From positions 1-37,684 of the forward strand of contig NIVC01004698.1 in the NCBI GenBank assembly GCA_002269645.1: a DNA stretch of 37,684 nucleotides. The letters run 5' to 3'. A program made the translations under genes and the position numbers. The notes beneath the pieces are model-generated. The model had not been told where the DNA came from. It saw only the letters and a program-made list of their open reading frames with translations, and made no database searches. This document shows, in pieces, positions 1 through 10,693 of this stretch (the first letter of the stretch is position 1; every line of letters starts with the position of its first letter). Source of the DNA: Macrostomum lignano. Lineage: Eukaryota.

Positions 1-1068
1 TTTGTAAAGCTTTCCTTTTTGATATCACTTTTATAACCAGCAAAGCCTAATATAAAGATATAAAAAAGAATAAGAAGTTTTGCTTTTAAAATAATGTTAA
101 ACTATATAAAAGACTAGATATTAGTTGTTTAAACATTCAATTATAGAATAATATATAAAGATTGTCATTGGGGCTTAAATATTATCCTCAATATATTCTC
201 TCTGGCTTTGTTAAGCTGTTGGTTTTGTGTAGCAATTGGTAATCACACTGCATCCTGAATGAAATATTTGGTAGATGCAGCAATAATAGCCCTGCTAGCT
301 CAAAAGAGTTAAGGCAGTAGTTAACAACTAGTTTAGGAAGGCTATAGCTTCCATGTACAAGTAAGTAACCAACCACAACCTAGGCTTTCATTGAGTCTTT
401 ATGTGTTATGTTATTAATTTCTATGATTTAGATGACTTGCAAATCATCATTTTCATCACTAAAAATATTGTATCAGTCTAGAAACAGGTATAAAGCTACC
501 AACCCAGTATAGCCAATATATATATATATATATCTTACAAGCATTTGACTAATGCTCAAATAAGTTTGTCCATGCTATCTATTTTGGCTATATGTGTAAA
601 ATATTCCACCTTTAAATTGGAAAATCTCCTAGAGACCATAGAGAGAATGTGTGTGTAGCTTATTGTAAGCATACTTAATTTATTCATTTTGAAGGATAGA
701 AAGTTAGGACTCAATCACATTTCATTAATTAGGACTAAAATATTGATAATCTTAAACTGATAAATATACTACAAATTATTTCATTGGCATTGGTATAAGC
801 CAAGCCAAAGTAAAAGTGTTCCCGAATTTAGTATGAAGCACTTTTACTAAATATAGAGGATATATATCTCCTCTCTCCACTCTCCCTCCTCTCTCCCCTC
901 TTCCACTCTAGCTCCCCTCTCTCTCCCTCCTCTTTTCTCTTATCCAAAAACTTAAATAAGCAAAACAATGTCTGAATATGAATCTGCAAGTAATGCATCG
1001 AATATGTTGGCTTATTTTTCACTTGGTTCTTTAAACTTTCGGAAATTTAGGCTAAAAAACAGTTTCTT

Positions 1069-2009
1069 ATGTCCTTTTACCTTACAACTGAGATACATGG
1101 GAAGCAACAAAAAATTCCCAAAAATTTGCATGGACCCATCAGCCCGGCTATGCCAGTAGCTGGCAGCGATCAAAAGCTGGCGCCAACTCCGCCACCATCC
1201 TCAGCCCAGTCCCAGTCTCCTCCATCGTCAACAACAGCAATAACAACAACATCGTCTTCCTCGGTTGCATCATCTGCGGCGGCCTCCATTGCCGCAGCCT
1301 CCGCGGCCGCTGCAGCCAAGCCGCTGGAACAAGCCAAGGCCAGTTCGCCAATCCCGGCAGCCACGCCGCCGCCTCTGTTGCCTAGCAACGCAACGCGGGA
1401 AGCCCGCAGCGGCAGTTGCAGCCATCAAGTTAGCAAGAATCGCGAGCTGTTAGCTTTGCCAGCGCTGAAGGATGCCGCTAACGAGCAGGAACGGGAGGCT
1501 CTGCTGTTGCAGAAACTGCGCCAGTGCTGCGTGGTCTTCGACTTCGCCCAGGACCCGCTTTCCGACCTCAAGTACAAGGAGGTGAAGCGCCTGGCCCTCC
1601 AAGAGCTTGTAGAATTCGTCACGGTTGCCCAGGGCGCCCTGACCGAGCCTGTGTACACCGACGCCGTCGCCATGTTTGCCGCCAACGTGTTCCGCACTCT
1701 GCCGCCGCCGTCCAATCCTCTCGGCGCGGAATTCGATCCGGAAGAGGACGAGCCCAATCTGGAGGCGGCCTGGCCGCATCTGCACCTGGTGTGCGAGTTC
1801 TTTCTGCGTTTCTTAGAATCGCCCGACTTTCAAGCGTCGCTGGCTAAGCGGTGCATCGATCACGCCTTCGTGCTGCAGCTGTTGGACATGTTCGACAGCG
1901 AGGATCCGAGGGAGCGCGATTTTCTTAAAACTATTCTGCACAGAATCTACGGCAAGTTTGTGGGCTTGCGCGGCCTGATTCGCAAGCATATTAATAATAT
2001 TTTCTACAG
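1069..2009 (+). CDS. PPP2R5C/D-like: PP2A B56 (B') regulatory subunit, gamma/delta type, exon 1
   Basis: Translation has B56 hallmarks ([67 protein letters not shown]). Donor AG|GTGAGT at 2009/2010. The start could be 1069 or 1150. Confidence 0.93.
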
Positions 2010-2139
2010 GTGAGTCATTCTTTGTAAATTAGGTCTGCTTATTTTCTTGTAAGGCTTTTTGAAATTCATTTTTAATGCTCACTTGTAGTTTACTGATATA
2101 ATATATTGTCAATGCAATTTATTTCTTTATTGCCTCCTA

Positions 2140-2590
2140 CATCCCCTCCCTTCATTCTTCCCTCCCTTCATTCTTCCCTTCCTTCATTCCCTCCCTTCAT
2201 TCTTCCCTCCCTTCATTCTTCCCTTCATTCTTCCCTTCCTTCATTCCCTCCCTTCATTCTTCCCTCCCTTCATTCTTCCTTCTCTTCATTCTTCCCTCCC
2301 TTCATTCTTCCCTCCCTTCATTCTTCTCTTCATTCCTTCATTCTTACCTTCATTCCTTCATTCCCTCCCTTCATTCTTCCCTCCCTTCATTCTTCCCTCC
2401 CTTCATTCTTCTCTTCATTCCTTCATTCTTACCTTCATTCCTTCATTCCCTCCCTTCATTCTTCCCTTCCTTCCTTCATTCCCTCCTTTCATTCTTCCCT
2501 TCATTCCTTCATTCCCTCCCTTCATTCCCTCCATTCTTCCCTTCATTCCCTTTTTTCCATTCATTCATTCTCCCCTTATTTCTTCCCTTC
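2140..2590. repeat. Pyrimidine-rich CTTCATTC(C/T) tandem array in B56 intron 1
   Basis: Degenerate CCTTCATTCCCTCC / CTTCATTCTTCC units ending about 20 nt before the acceptor. Confidence 0.9.
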
Positions 2591-2611
2591 AATCTCCTAC
2601 CCGAATCGCAG

Positions 2612-3005
2612 GTTCATCTACGAAACCGAGCGCCACAACGGCATCGCCGAGCTGCTGGAGATTCTGGGCAGCATCATCAACGGTTTCGCCTTGCCGCTCA
2701 AAGAGGAGCACAAAGTGTTCCTGCTGCGCGTCCTGCTGCCGCTGCACAAAGTGAAATCGCTGAGCGTCTATCACCCGCAGCTGGCCTACTGCGTGGTGCA
2801 GTTCCTAGAGAAGGACCACACCCTCACCCAGCCTGTGCTGCTTGGCCTGCTCAAATTCTGGCCAAAAGTTCACTCGCCCAAAGAGGTAATGTTTCTCAAC
2901 GAGCTCGAAGAGATCTTGGACGTTATCGAGCCGGCCGAGTTCCAGAAAGTCATCCAGCCGCTTTTCGGCCAGCTGTCCAAGTGCGTCAGCTCGCCTCACT
3001 TTCAG
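2612..3005 (+). CDS. PPP2R5C/D-like: PP2A B56 subunit, exon 2
   Basis: Acceptor CGCAG|G at 2611 restores [26 protein letters not shown]...CVSSPHFQ; donor CAG|GTGAGT; phases match. Confidence 0.95.
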
Positions 3006-3169
3006 GTGAGTTAAATTGTCCTCACGACTGAACTATAATTCAGAATATCCTATTCGACATCCTTACTGTTCCGAACTAATAAATCCCATGTGCCATTGTC
3101 CCGTTCCAAAAATCCCCTTACTGAAACTCAAATATCCCATTAGTCACCGTCCTACTCCTGGCATCCAAA

Positions 3170-3945
3170 AGATGCCATTCAGCATTATCCCAACGGAAAT
3201 TATCATATCCCATTTAGCATTATCCCAATGGGAATTATCAAGATCCCATTCAGCATTATCCAATCGGATTTATCAGGATGCCATTCAGCATTATCCCAAT
3301 GGGAGTTATCAAGATCCCATTCAGCATTATCCCAATGGGATTTATCAAGATCCCATTCAGCATTATCCCAATGGGATTTATCAAGATCCCATTCAGCATT
3401 ATCCAATGGGATTTATCAAGATCCCATTCAGCATTATCCCAATGGGAGTTATCAAGATCCCATTCAGCATTATCCAATCGGATTTATCAGGATGCCATTC
3501 AGCATTATCCCAATGGGAGTTATCAAGATCCCATTCAGCATTATCCCAATGGGATTTATCAAGATCCCATTCAGCATTATCCCAATGGGATTTATCAAGA
3601 TCCCATTCAGCATTATCCAATGGGATTTATCAAGATCCCATTCAGCATTATCCCAATGGGAGTTATCAAGATCCCATTCAGCATTATCTAATGGGATTTA
3701 TCAAGATCCCATTCAGCATTATCCCAATGGGATTTATCAAGATGCCATTCACATTATCTCAATGGGATTTATCAGGATGCCATTCAGCATTATCCCAATG
3801 GGATTTATCAAGATCCCATTCAGCATTATCCCAATGGAATCTATCAAGATCCCATTTAGCATTATCCCAATGGGATTTATCAAGATCCCATTCAGCATTA
3901 TCCCAATGGAATCTATCAAGATCCCATCCGGCATTATCCCAAACC
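3170..3945. repeat. 36-bp minisatellite in B56 intron 2
   Basis: About 21 copies of CAGCATTATCCCAATGGGATTTATCAAGATCCCATT; a six-unit (214-bp) block is duplicated. Confidence 0.95.
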
Positions 3946-3948
3946 CAG

Positions 3949-4314
3949 GTGGCCGAGCGCGCCCTGTACTTCTGGAACAACGAGTACGTGCTGTCGCTGA
4001 TGTCGGAGAACGTGCGCGAAGTGCTGCCTATAGTGTTCCCGGCTCTGTACCAGACCAAGCAGCATTGGAACAAGACAATTCATGGACTGATTTACAATGC
4101 GCTCAAGCTGCTGATGGAGATGAACCAGCGTCTGTTCGACGAGTGCACCAATCGGTACAAAGAGGAACGGCAGCGCGAGGCACTGGAAGCGGCCAGGAGA
4201 GAGCAGGCCTGGGCAGCCATTAACAGCAAGGCGATGCAGAATCCTCTGTTTGATAATTTCTCCGGACCCGCTGACGGTCAACTGGACGGCATGGGAGACA
4301 ATGGGAGCGCCTGA
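3949..4314 (+). CDS. PPP2R5C/D-like: PP2A B56 subunit, exon 3 (to stop)
   Basis: Acceptor CCCAG|GTG; [13 protein letters not shown]...[21 protein letters not shown]. Spliced CDS is 1701 nt (566 aa from 1069). Confidence 0.95.
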   Translation: MAERALYFWNNEYVLSLMSENVREVLPIVFPALYQTKQHWNKTIHGLIYNALKLLMEMNQRLFDECTNRYKEERQREALEAARREQAWAAINSKAMQNPLFDNFSGPADGQLDGMGDNGSA

Positions 4315-5224
4315 GCTTGGGGATTAATTTTCGGTGTGCCAAAAGGCATTAATGATTAATAATAATGCCGGAAGATTGCTTTTTCAAAAAGATTTGGATG
4401 GCAGATACATTGGTCAGTTAGCACTTTTTACAGTTTCCCTGCGTGTGACTACTCTGGTCAGTAGTATAATTTGCATATAAAATTCAGCTGATAAGATAAG
4501 AAATAATTATATCTTCAATTTTTGTTATTTTTATACTACTCACAGCTGCTCCCCTAAGAGTAGTATGAGCGTAGTGATTCGGGCTAAATTCATCGTAAGC
4601 AAACCGGCTCTTGATTTTGTTTCAAGACAAAGCTAAATAATTTTCTGTCTCAAGTTTATCTCACATTTTTGTTTACCTCAAGTCTCAGTTCTGTGTGCAA
4701 TTATTTTCTAAATAACAGTTTGTTTCATTTTTCCGCTTACCTACTAAGTTCCAAATGTGTCTGGCCCTTCAAATACAAATACTTTTGCGCACTCCAGTAA
4801 TATTTGCAAAATTGTTTCATTTGTAATCTATCTGATCCAAGAGTGCGCACATGCTGGTAGCTACTTTCGAGTAGCTAGTTGCGCGCGTCAATGGAGTTTC
4901 TTTCTGTAAAACAAACTGATCTCTCGCTTCTGTTTTTTGTGTCTTAATCTATAGAATTGAATTTATTTTAGAGCGATTAACAGTGTATTTTAGTTTGCTC
5001 AAAGCTGCCTATTATATAGTAATTAAAATATGCAGTATGTTTGCGTTCTATTGATTAATTTCATTTCTTTTCATTCTCAGTTCCAAGCTGCTCTCAACTG
5101 TTGTTTCAAAGTTCATTCATTGATGCCTTGTGTTTGAACCTTTGAGCTTGGCTCTGTTCTCGAATAATTTTCTGTGAATTTTATAAACCTTTTCAAAACT
5201 GTTTTGGCGACTGATTTGCATTGG

Positions 5225-5745
5225 CATGGAAATTCCCCCTCTCCCCTCTTCCTTTCCCCTCTATTCCTTTCCCCTCTCCCCTCTTCCTTTCCCCTCTATT
5301 CCTTTCCCCTCTCCCCTCTTCCTTGCCCCTCTATTCCTTTCCCCTCTCCCCTCTTCCTTTCCCCTCTATTCCTTTCCCCTCTCCCCTCTTCCTTTCCCCT
5401 CTATTCCTTTCCCCTCTCCCCTCTTCCTTTCCCCTCTATTCCTTTCCCCTCTCCCCTCTTCCTTTCCCCTCTATTCCTTTCCCCTCTCCCCTCTTCCTTG
5501 CCCCTCTATTCCTTTCCCCTCTCCCCTCTTCCTTTCCCCTCTTCCTTTCCCCTCTCCCCTCTTCCTTTCCCCTCTATTCCTTTCCCCTCTCCCCTCTTCC
5601 TTTCCCCTCTCCCCTCTTCCTTTCCCCTCTATTCCTTTCCCCTCTCCCCTCTTCCTTTCCCCTCTATTCCTTTCCCCTCTCCCCTCTTCCTTTCCCCTCT
5701 CTTCTTTTCCCCATCTCCCCTCTTCTTTCCATTGTCTTGAGGAAG
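5225..5745. repeat. Polypyrimidine/polypurine minisatellite
   Basis: About 35-bp unit CCCCTCTTCCTTTCCCCTCTATTCCTTTCCCCTCT. Confidence 0.93.
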
Positions 5746-6524
5746 ATGGGAGAGGCCCTTCTTCCTTTCCCCTCGTCTCATTTCCTCTCTCCCCTCTCAC
5801 TTTCCCCTCTCGTCAAGCAATCTCTCAGAAATTGTTAACTTGCTGCTGCTGCGACTATAACATTTATATTATTGAGTGTTACGTATTTGATAAGATTGCT
5901 TTCTTTTTGCAGTTACAGTCGGTGTCGTTAAGCACATGCATTGTATAGTGAAAATTAGTATTAGTAATAAACATACTACTATTGGTGCGCGTAGCGATGA
6001 GCTGCATTATAAATTGAAATATATATATAAAATCAATGCTAAACTCTTAGTTAAATAGTTGGATACGGTAGTCAAACACAATGCTTAATTTAGTAGCTAC
6101 GCGAGTTCTCGCTAAGCAATTATATCCAATTATTTTTTATTTACACTGTCAAACAAAGCTATCAGCCTGCCTGCAACCCGTGCGATTTCAATCAATAAAA
6201 TTTTAATTGTATGTAAAAATTAGCGTTATTACATATGCATTCGTTTACTTATTAGCATCTAATCTACGGGCATGTATGCGAATATATATTACAATTGATG
6301 TATTGATGTACTACTGAACAGTTAGTAATATATGCCAGGTGTTTGCCGTGATGCGCATGAGTTAATACTATTATTATTGTCTCCAAAAATACATCCGAAA
6401 TGCTGCATAATCTTCTTTGTCGCTAAGATTGGCTTCTCAGTATGTTTATTCTGAATGATAAGTGCACCGGCTTTTCCCGACCTCAAATTTACGGGTTAAA
6501 CATTTGTGGAAGCTAAAGATTAAA

Positions 6525-7640
6525 GAATCTAGAGAGTCACTCATTCAGGAATCCAGAGGCACTCATTGGGGAATCTCGAGAGTCACTCATTGGGGAATCC
6601 AGAGTCACTCATTAGGGAATCCAGAGTCACTCATTAGAGAATCTAGAGAGTCACTCATTAGGAAATCTAGAAAGTCACTCATTCGGGAATCTAGAGAGTC
6701 ACTCATTGGGGAATCTAGAGAGTCACTCATTGGAGAATCCAGAGTCACTCATTGGGGAATTTAGAGTCACTCATTGGGGAATTTAGAGTCACTCATTGGG
6801 GAATTTAGAGTCACTCATTGGGGAATCTAGAGAGGCACTCATTCGGGAATCTAGAGAGTCACTCATTGGGGAATCTAGAGAGTCACTCATTGGGGAATCT
6901 AGAGAGTCACTCATTGGGGAATCCAGAGTCACTCATTGGGGAATCCAGAGTCACTCATTGGGGTATCTAGAGAGTCACTCATTGGGGAATCTAGAGAGTC
7001 ACTCATTCGGAATCTAGAGAGGCACTCATTGGTGAATCCAGAGAGTCGCACATTGGAGAATCTAGAGAGTCACTCATTGTGGAATTTAGAGTCACTCATT
7101 GGGGAATTTAGAGTCACTCATTGGGGAATTTAGAGTCACTCATTGGGGAATCTAGAGAGGCACTCATTGGTGAATCTAGAGAGGCACTCATTGGTGAATC
7201 TAGAGAGGCACTCATTGGGGAATCTAGAGAGGCACTCATTCGGAATCTAGAGAGGCACTCATTGGGGAATCTAGAGAGGCACTCATTGGGAAAACTAGAG
7301 AGGCACTCATTGGGAAATCTAGAGACGCACTCATTCGGGAATCCAGAGGCACTCAGTCCGCAATCCAGAGGCACTCATTGGGGAATCTAGAGAGGCACTC
7401 ATTGGGAAATCTAGAGAGGCACTCATTGGGAAATCTAGAGACGCACTCATTCGGGAATCCAGAGGCACTCAGTCCGGAATCCAGAGGCACTCATTGGGGA
7501 ATCTAGAGAGGCACTCATTGGGGAATCCAGAGTCACTCATTCGGGAATCCAGAGGCACTCATTGGGGAATCTAGAGAGGCACTCATTGGGGAATCCAGAG
7601 TCACTCATTCGGGAATGCAGAGGCACTCACTAGAGAGGCA
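6525..7640. repeat. 22-24-bp minisatellite
   Basis: Units GAATCTAGAGAG(T/G)CACTCATTGGG and shorter variants, dozens of copies. Confidence 0.95.
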
Positions 7641-8609
7641 CCCGAAGCTCATAGCCAGTTATGTGTTGTAACCGGGCCAACAGGCAATGGCAGCAGAAAG
7701 CCAGAGAACACCAGTTAGCTGGTGCTATAAGCAGCGCTTGTTTGTGTCAAAGTCTGACTTTCCCTGCGCCAATGCGTTTAGATGAGTGGCATTGCCTGTT
7801 AAAACGGTCACATCTGCAACTTGGCTGCACTGACAGAGAGCTGGACTCACTGATGCAGGGACTTACCTAGCCTTGCAGAGGAGGATTAATACTGGATTCG
7901 AGTGGCGATTGCGTTGGCTGAGTCGGCTGGGATATCGCTTATTTATAATCCCAATCGAGGCTTCCCCATAGTCATAGAGCCGGCGGGGGGCTGTGGGGGA
8001 AGATTTCACCTGCCCCAGCAATTTTCCCAGCCCAGGCCACCCCCCCCCCCCCTGTTCGGTTGTCGCGGTTGAATTAAGGCTGATTCTTCAAGCTGCTTTG
8101 TTGTATCGGTTTGGGAGTGGAAGGGGGTTTTGCTGACTTCTTGGTAGAGTTTGCCTGTTGCTCAGTTCGAGTATGGAGGAGTATAGGGAGGGGGATGCTG
8201 CCAGTGCCGAGGCGGGACCACCTGCTGATAGGGGCTATAGCACTAGCCCGGTCTGACTGGGGGTGGGGGCTGCCTGACTGCATGCAGTTTGAGGATCCTG
8301 AGTCTGCAACAATAGCATTGCAAGGCTGGGGAGGCAGCTGGTTCGCTCGGCTCCCCTGCCTCAGTGTAGGGGAGGGGGTTGGCGGCTAGCATGGCTCTGC
8401 GAGTCTTGCCGGGCTCCCCGCAATGGTCAACTCCTGACTCATTTGGCCCAACGGCCCGTGGCATAGGGCCGCCTCATGCCAAGGACGCCTGATAGTGTAG
8501 AGCTAGGGTCTGGAATGCCTTGTACTTAAACCTGGGTTAAACTTGTAAGTTGTTCTCCCCGCATCTCAGAGGGGTTCTCATTTACTAAAAAACTGTTTCT
8601 GACAAATTC

Positions 8610-8825
8610 AGAGCTCTAAACTTCACTAGCTGGAGACTTCATAAAGCTCGAACTTTTATGAAGCTCGAAGTTTCATAAAACTCGAAATTTCATAAAGCTC
8701 GAAATTTCATAAAGCTCGAAATTTAATAAAGCTCGAAATTTAATAAAGCTCGAAATTTCATAAAGCTCTAAACTTCATAAAGCTCTAAACTTCATAAAAC
8801 TCAATATTCACAAGCTCGAGACTTC
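8610..8825. repeat. 17-bp tandem repeat
   Basis: About 12 copies of CATAAAGCTCGAAATTT. Confidence 0.85.
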
Positions 8826-9379
8826 ACATCGAAATGTCACAACGTCGGAAAATATCAAGGAACCTGTAGTGAAGGCTCGGTTTGCTTGTCAACAAGAATT
8901 CACGGATAAGGTTAATAAATCGAAGTCTTGATGAACAATGAGCTCTTCTCCAAATTCTAGATCTTAGATCTCCTTGCAGCTCTTCCCACTTTGAGTTCAA
9001 GCAGCTATATAATCCTATTCGTTTCGTTACCCCACCCCCAATGCCGCCTATCTTATAGAATGAGCTCTACTCAAATTATGGTAGAACAACTTCACCAACA
9101 ATTAATTGAGCAGTCGTGCGCCATTGAGTTTGGGTTGCGCTCATTATTCAATGACAGAATTGATATCGCAGATATAGGCTTATTGTCTTCATTTATTGAA
9201 CTGTCTCACTAGATGTAGTTACCACAGTAAGAATATACTCACATCGGAGCGGAAATGTTCAGAAATTTTTATTAGCTGGCATTTTAATGGCAACAGTTCT
9301 TCAGTTTATTCGGGCTGAATTAGTGACTTTTTGAATCAAATTGGGCGCTGGCATCACTATGTATTCGATCATATTAAGG

Positions 9380-10210
9380 CGGGTAAGGCGGGAGGGTGAG
9401 GCTTGGTGAGAGAAGGGTGAGAGGAGGGTGAGGCTTGGTGAGAGGAGGGTGAGGCTTGGTGAGAGGAGGGTGAGGCTTGGTGAGAGGAGGGTGAGGCTTG
9501 GTGAGAGGAGGGTGAGGCTTGGTGAGAGGAGGGTGAGGCTTGGTGAGAGGAGGGTGAGGCTTGGTGAGAGGAGGGTGAGGCTTGGTGAGAGGAGGGTGAG
9601 GCTTGGTGAGAGGAGGGTGAGGCTTGGTGAGAGGAGGGTGAGGCTTGGTGAGAGGAGGGTGAGGCTTGGTGAGAGGAGGGTGAGGCTTGGTGAGAGGAGG
9701 GTGAGGCTTGGTGAGAGGAGGGTGAGGCTTGATGGAAGGAAGGTGAGGCTTAATGGGAGGGTGATGCTTGGAGGGAGGGTGAGACTTGGATAGAGGGTGA
9801 GGCTTGGAAGGAGGGTGAGGCTTAATGGGAGGGTAAGGCATAGTGGAAGGAGGGTGAGGCTTGGAGGGAGGGTGAGACTTGGATAGAGGGTGAGGCTTGG
9901 AACGAGGGTGAGGCTTAATGGGAGGGTAAGGCATAGTGGAAGGAGGGTGAGGCTTGGAAGGAGGGTGAGGCTTGGTAGGGGAGAATGAGGCTTGGTGGGA
10001 AGAGGTTGAGACTTGGTGAAAGGAGGGTGAGGCTTGGTGAAAGGAGGTTGCGGCTTGGTGAAAGGAGGGTGAGGCTTAGTGAAAGGAGGTTGCGACTTGG
10101 TGAAAGGAGGGTGGGGCTTGGTGGGAGGGTGAGGCTTAATGTGAGGTTGAGGTTTAGTGGAAGGAGGGTGAGGCTTGGATGGAGGGTGAGGCTTGGAATG
10201 AGTGTAAGGC
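9380..10210. repeat. 18/21-bp GAGGGTGAGGCTTGGTGAGAG minisatellite
   Basis: Homogeneous 21-bp block at about 9420-9725, then degenerate units. Reverse complement of the 10694-12195 array. Confidence 0.95.
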
Positions 10211-10375
10211 TTAGCAGAGCGGGTAGGATAGCAACTTATTTGAACAACAGTTTTAAAAAAAAGAATTTTTTTCTCCATAAATCAGAACACTTTATGAAGC
10301 AAAACTTCTGACGCAAGTAGCCACTTTATTCACTTTGGCTCGCACATTTTCAAAGTTGAAGCACAGGCCGGTAAT

Positions 10376-10585
10376 TCAAAATGTGGCGATGAGCCTGCCG
10401 ACAACTGCAGTGGCCGTCGCACCTAGAAGTCCCGTCATGAGTCCGCGGTAATCACTCTTTGTCCCGCTGGCAGAGTTGCACAGGTCTTTGTCGTTGCAAC
10501 AGTAGAGCCCGTTGCCGTCCGAGTCTACGGATTTCGTGCAGGTGTCAAGGCAGGTCCGGCTGGCCGCGTTCACTGATTTGGTTTT
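10376..10585 (-). CDS. Ly6/uPAR (three-finger) GPI-anchored protein, terminal exon
   Basis: KTKSVNAASRTCLDTC...YCCNDKDLCN followed by S and a hydrophobic GPI-type tail. Phase-0 acceptor GCACAG|AAA. AATAAA at 10330-10325. Confidence 0.85.
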   Translation of the reverse strand, partial: KTKSVNAASRTCLDTCTKSVDSDGNGLYCCNDKDLCNSASGTKSDYRGLMTGLLGATATAVVGRLIATF

Positions 10586-10693
10586 CTGTGCGATTCAATT
10601 GGATTTTGATTGGCTCTTAATTTATTTAATGTTGAGTTCCGCTATGATAATAATGAGTGCAAACTCTAATGAATTCCGCTTTTGCAAACTGCA

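Noticed and set aside
3170-3945. CRISPR array (36-bp palindromic repeats)
   Set aside because: Units are contiguous with no unique spacers, lie in a eukaryotic intron and have no cas genes nearby.
2106-4223. Repeat-encoded N-terminal extensions of B56 exons 2 and 3 and overlapping repeat ORFs
   Set aside because: Canonical splicing restores the conserved B56 sequence; the open frames reflect repeat composition.
4858-4877. 8-bp stem with TTCG loop as a terminator or Helitron end
   Set aside because: No U-tract, eukaryotic context and no other Helitron evidence; a hairpin this short can arise by chance.
7640-9300. Possible degenerate transposon or gene fragments in moderately GC-rich DNA
   Set aside because: Short ORFs with no recognisable motif or consistent splice structure.
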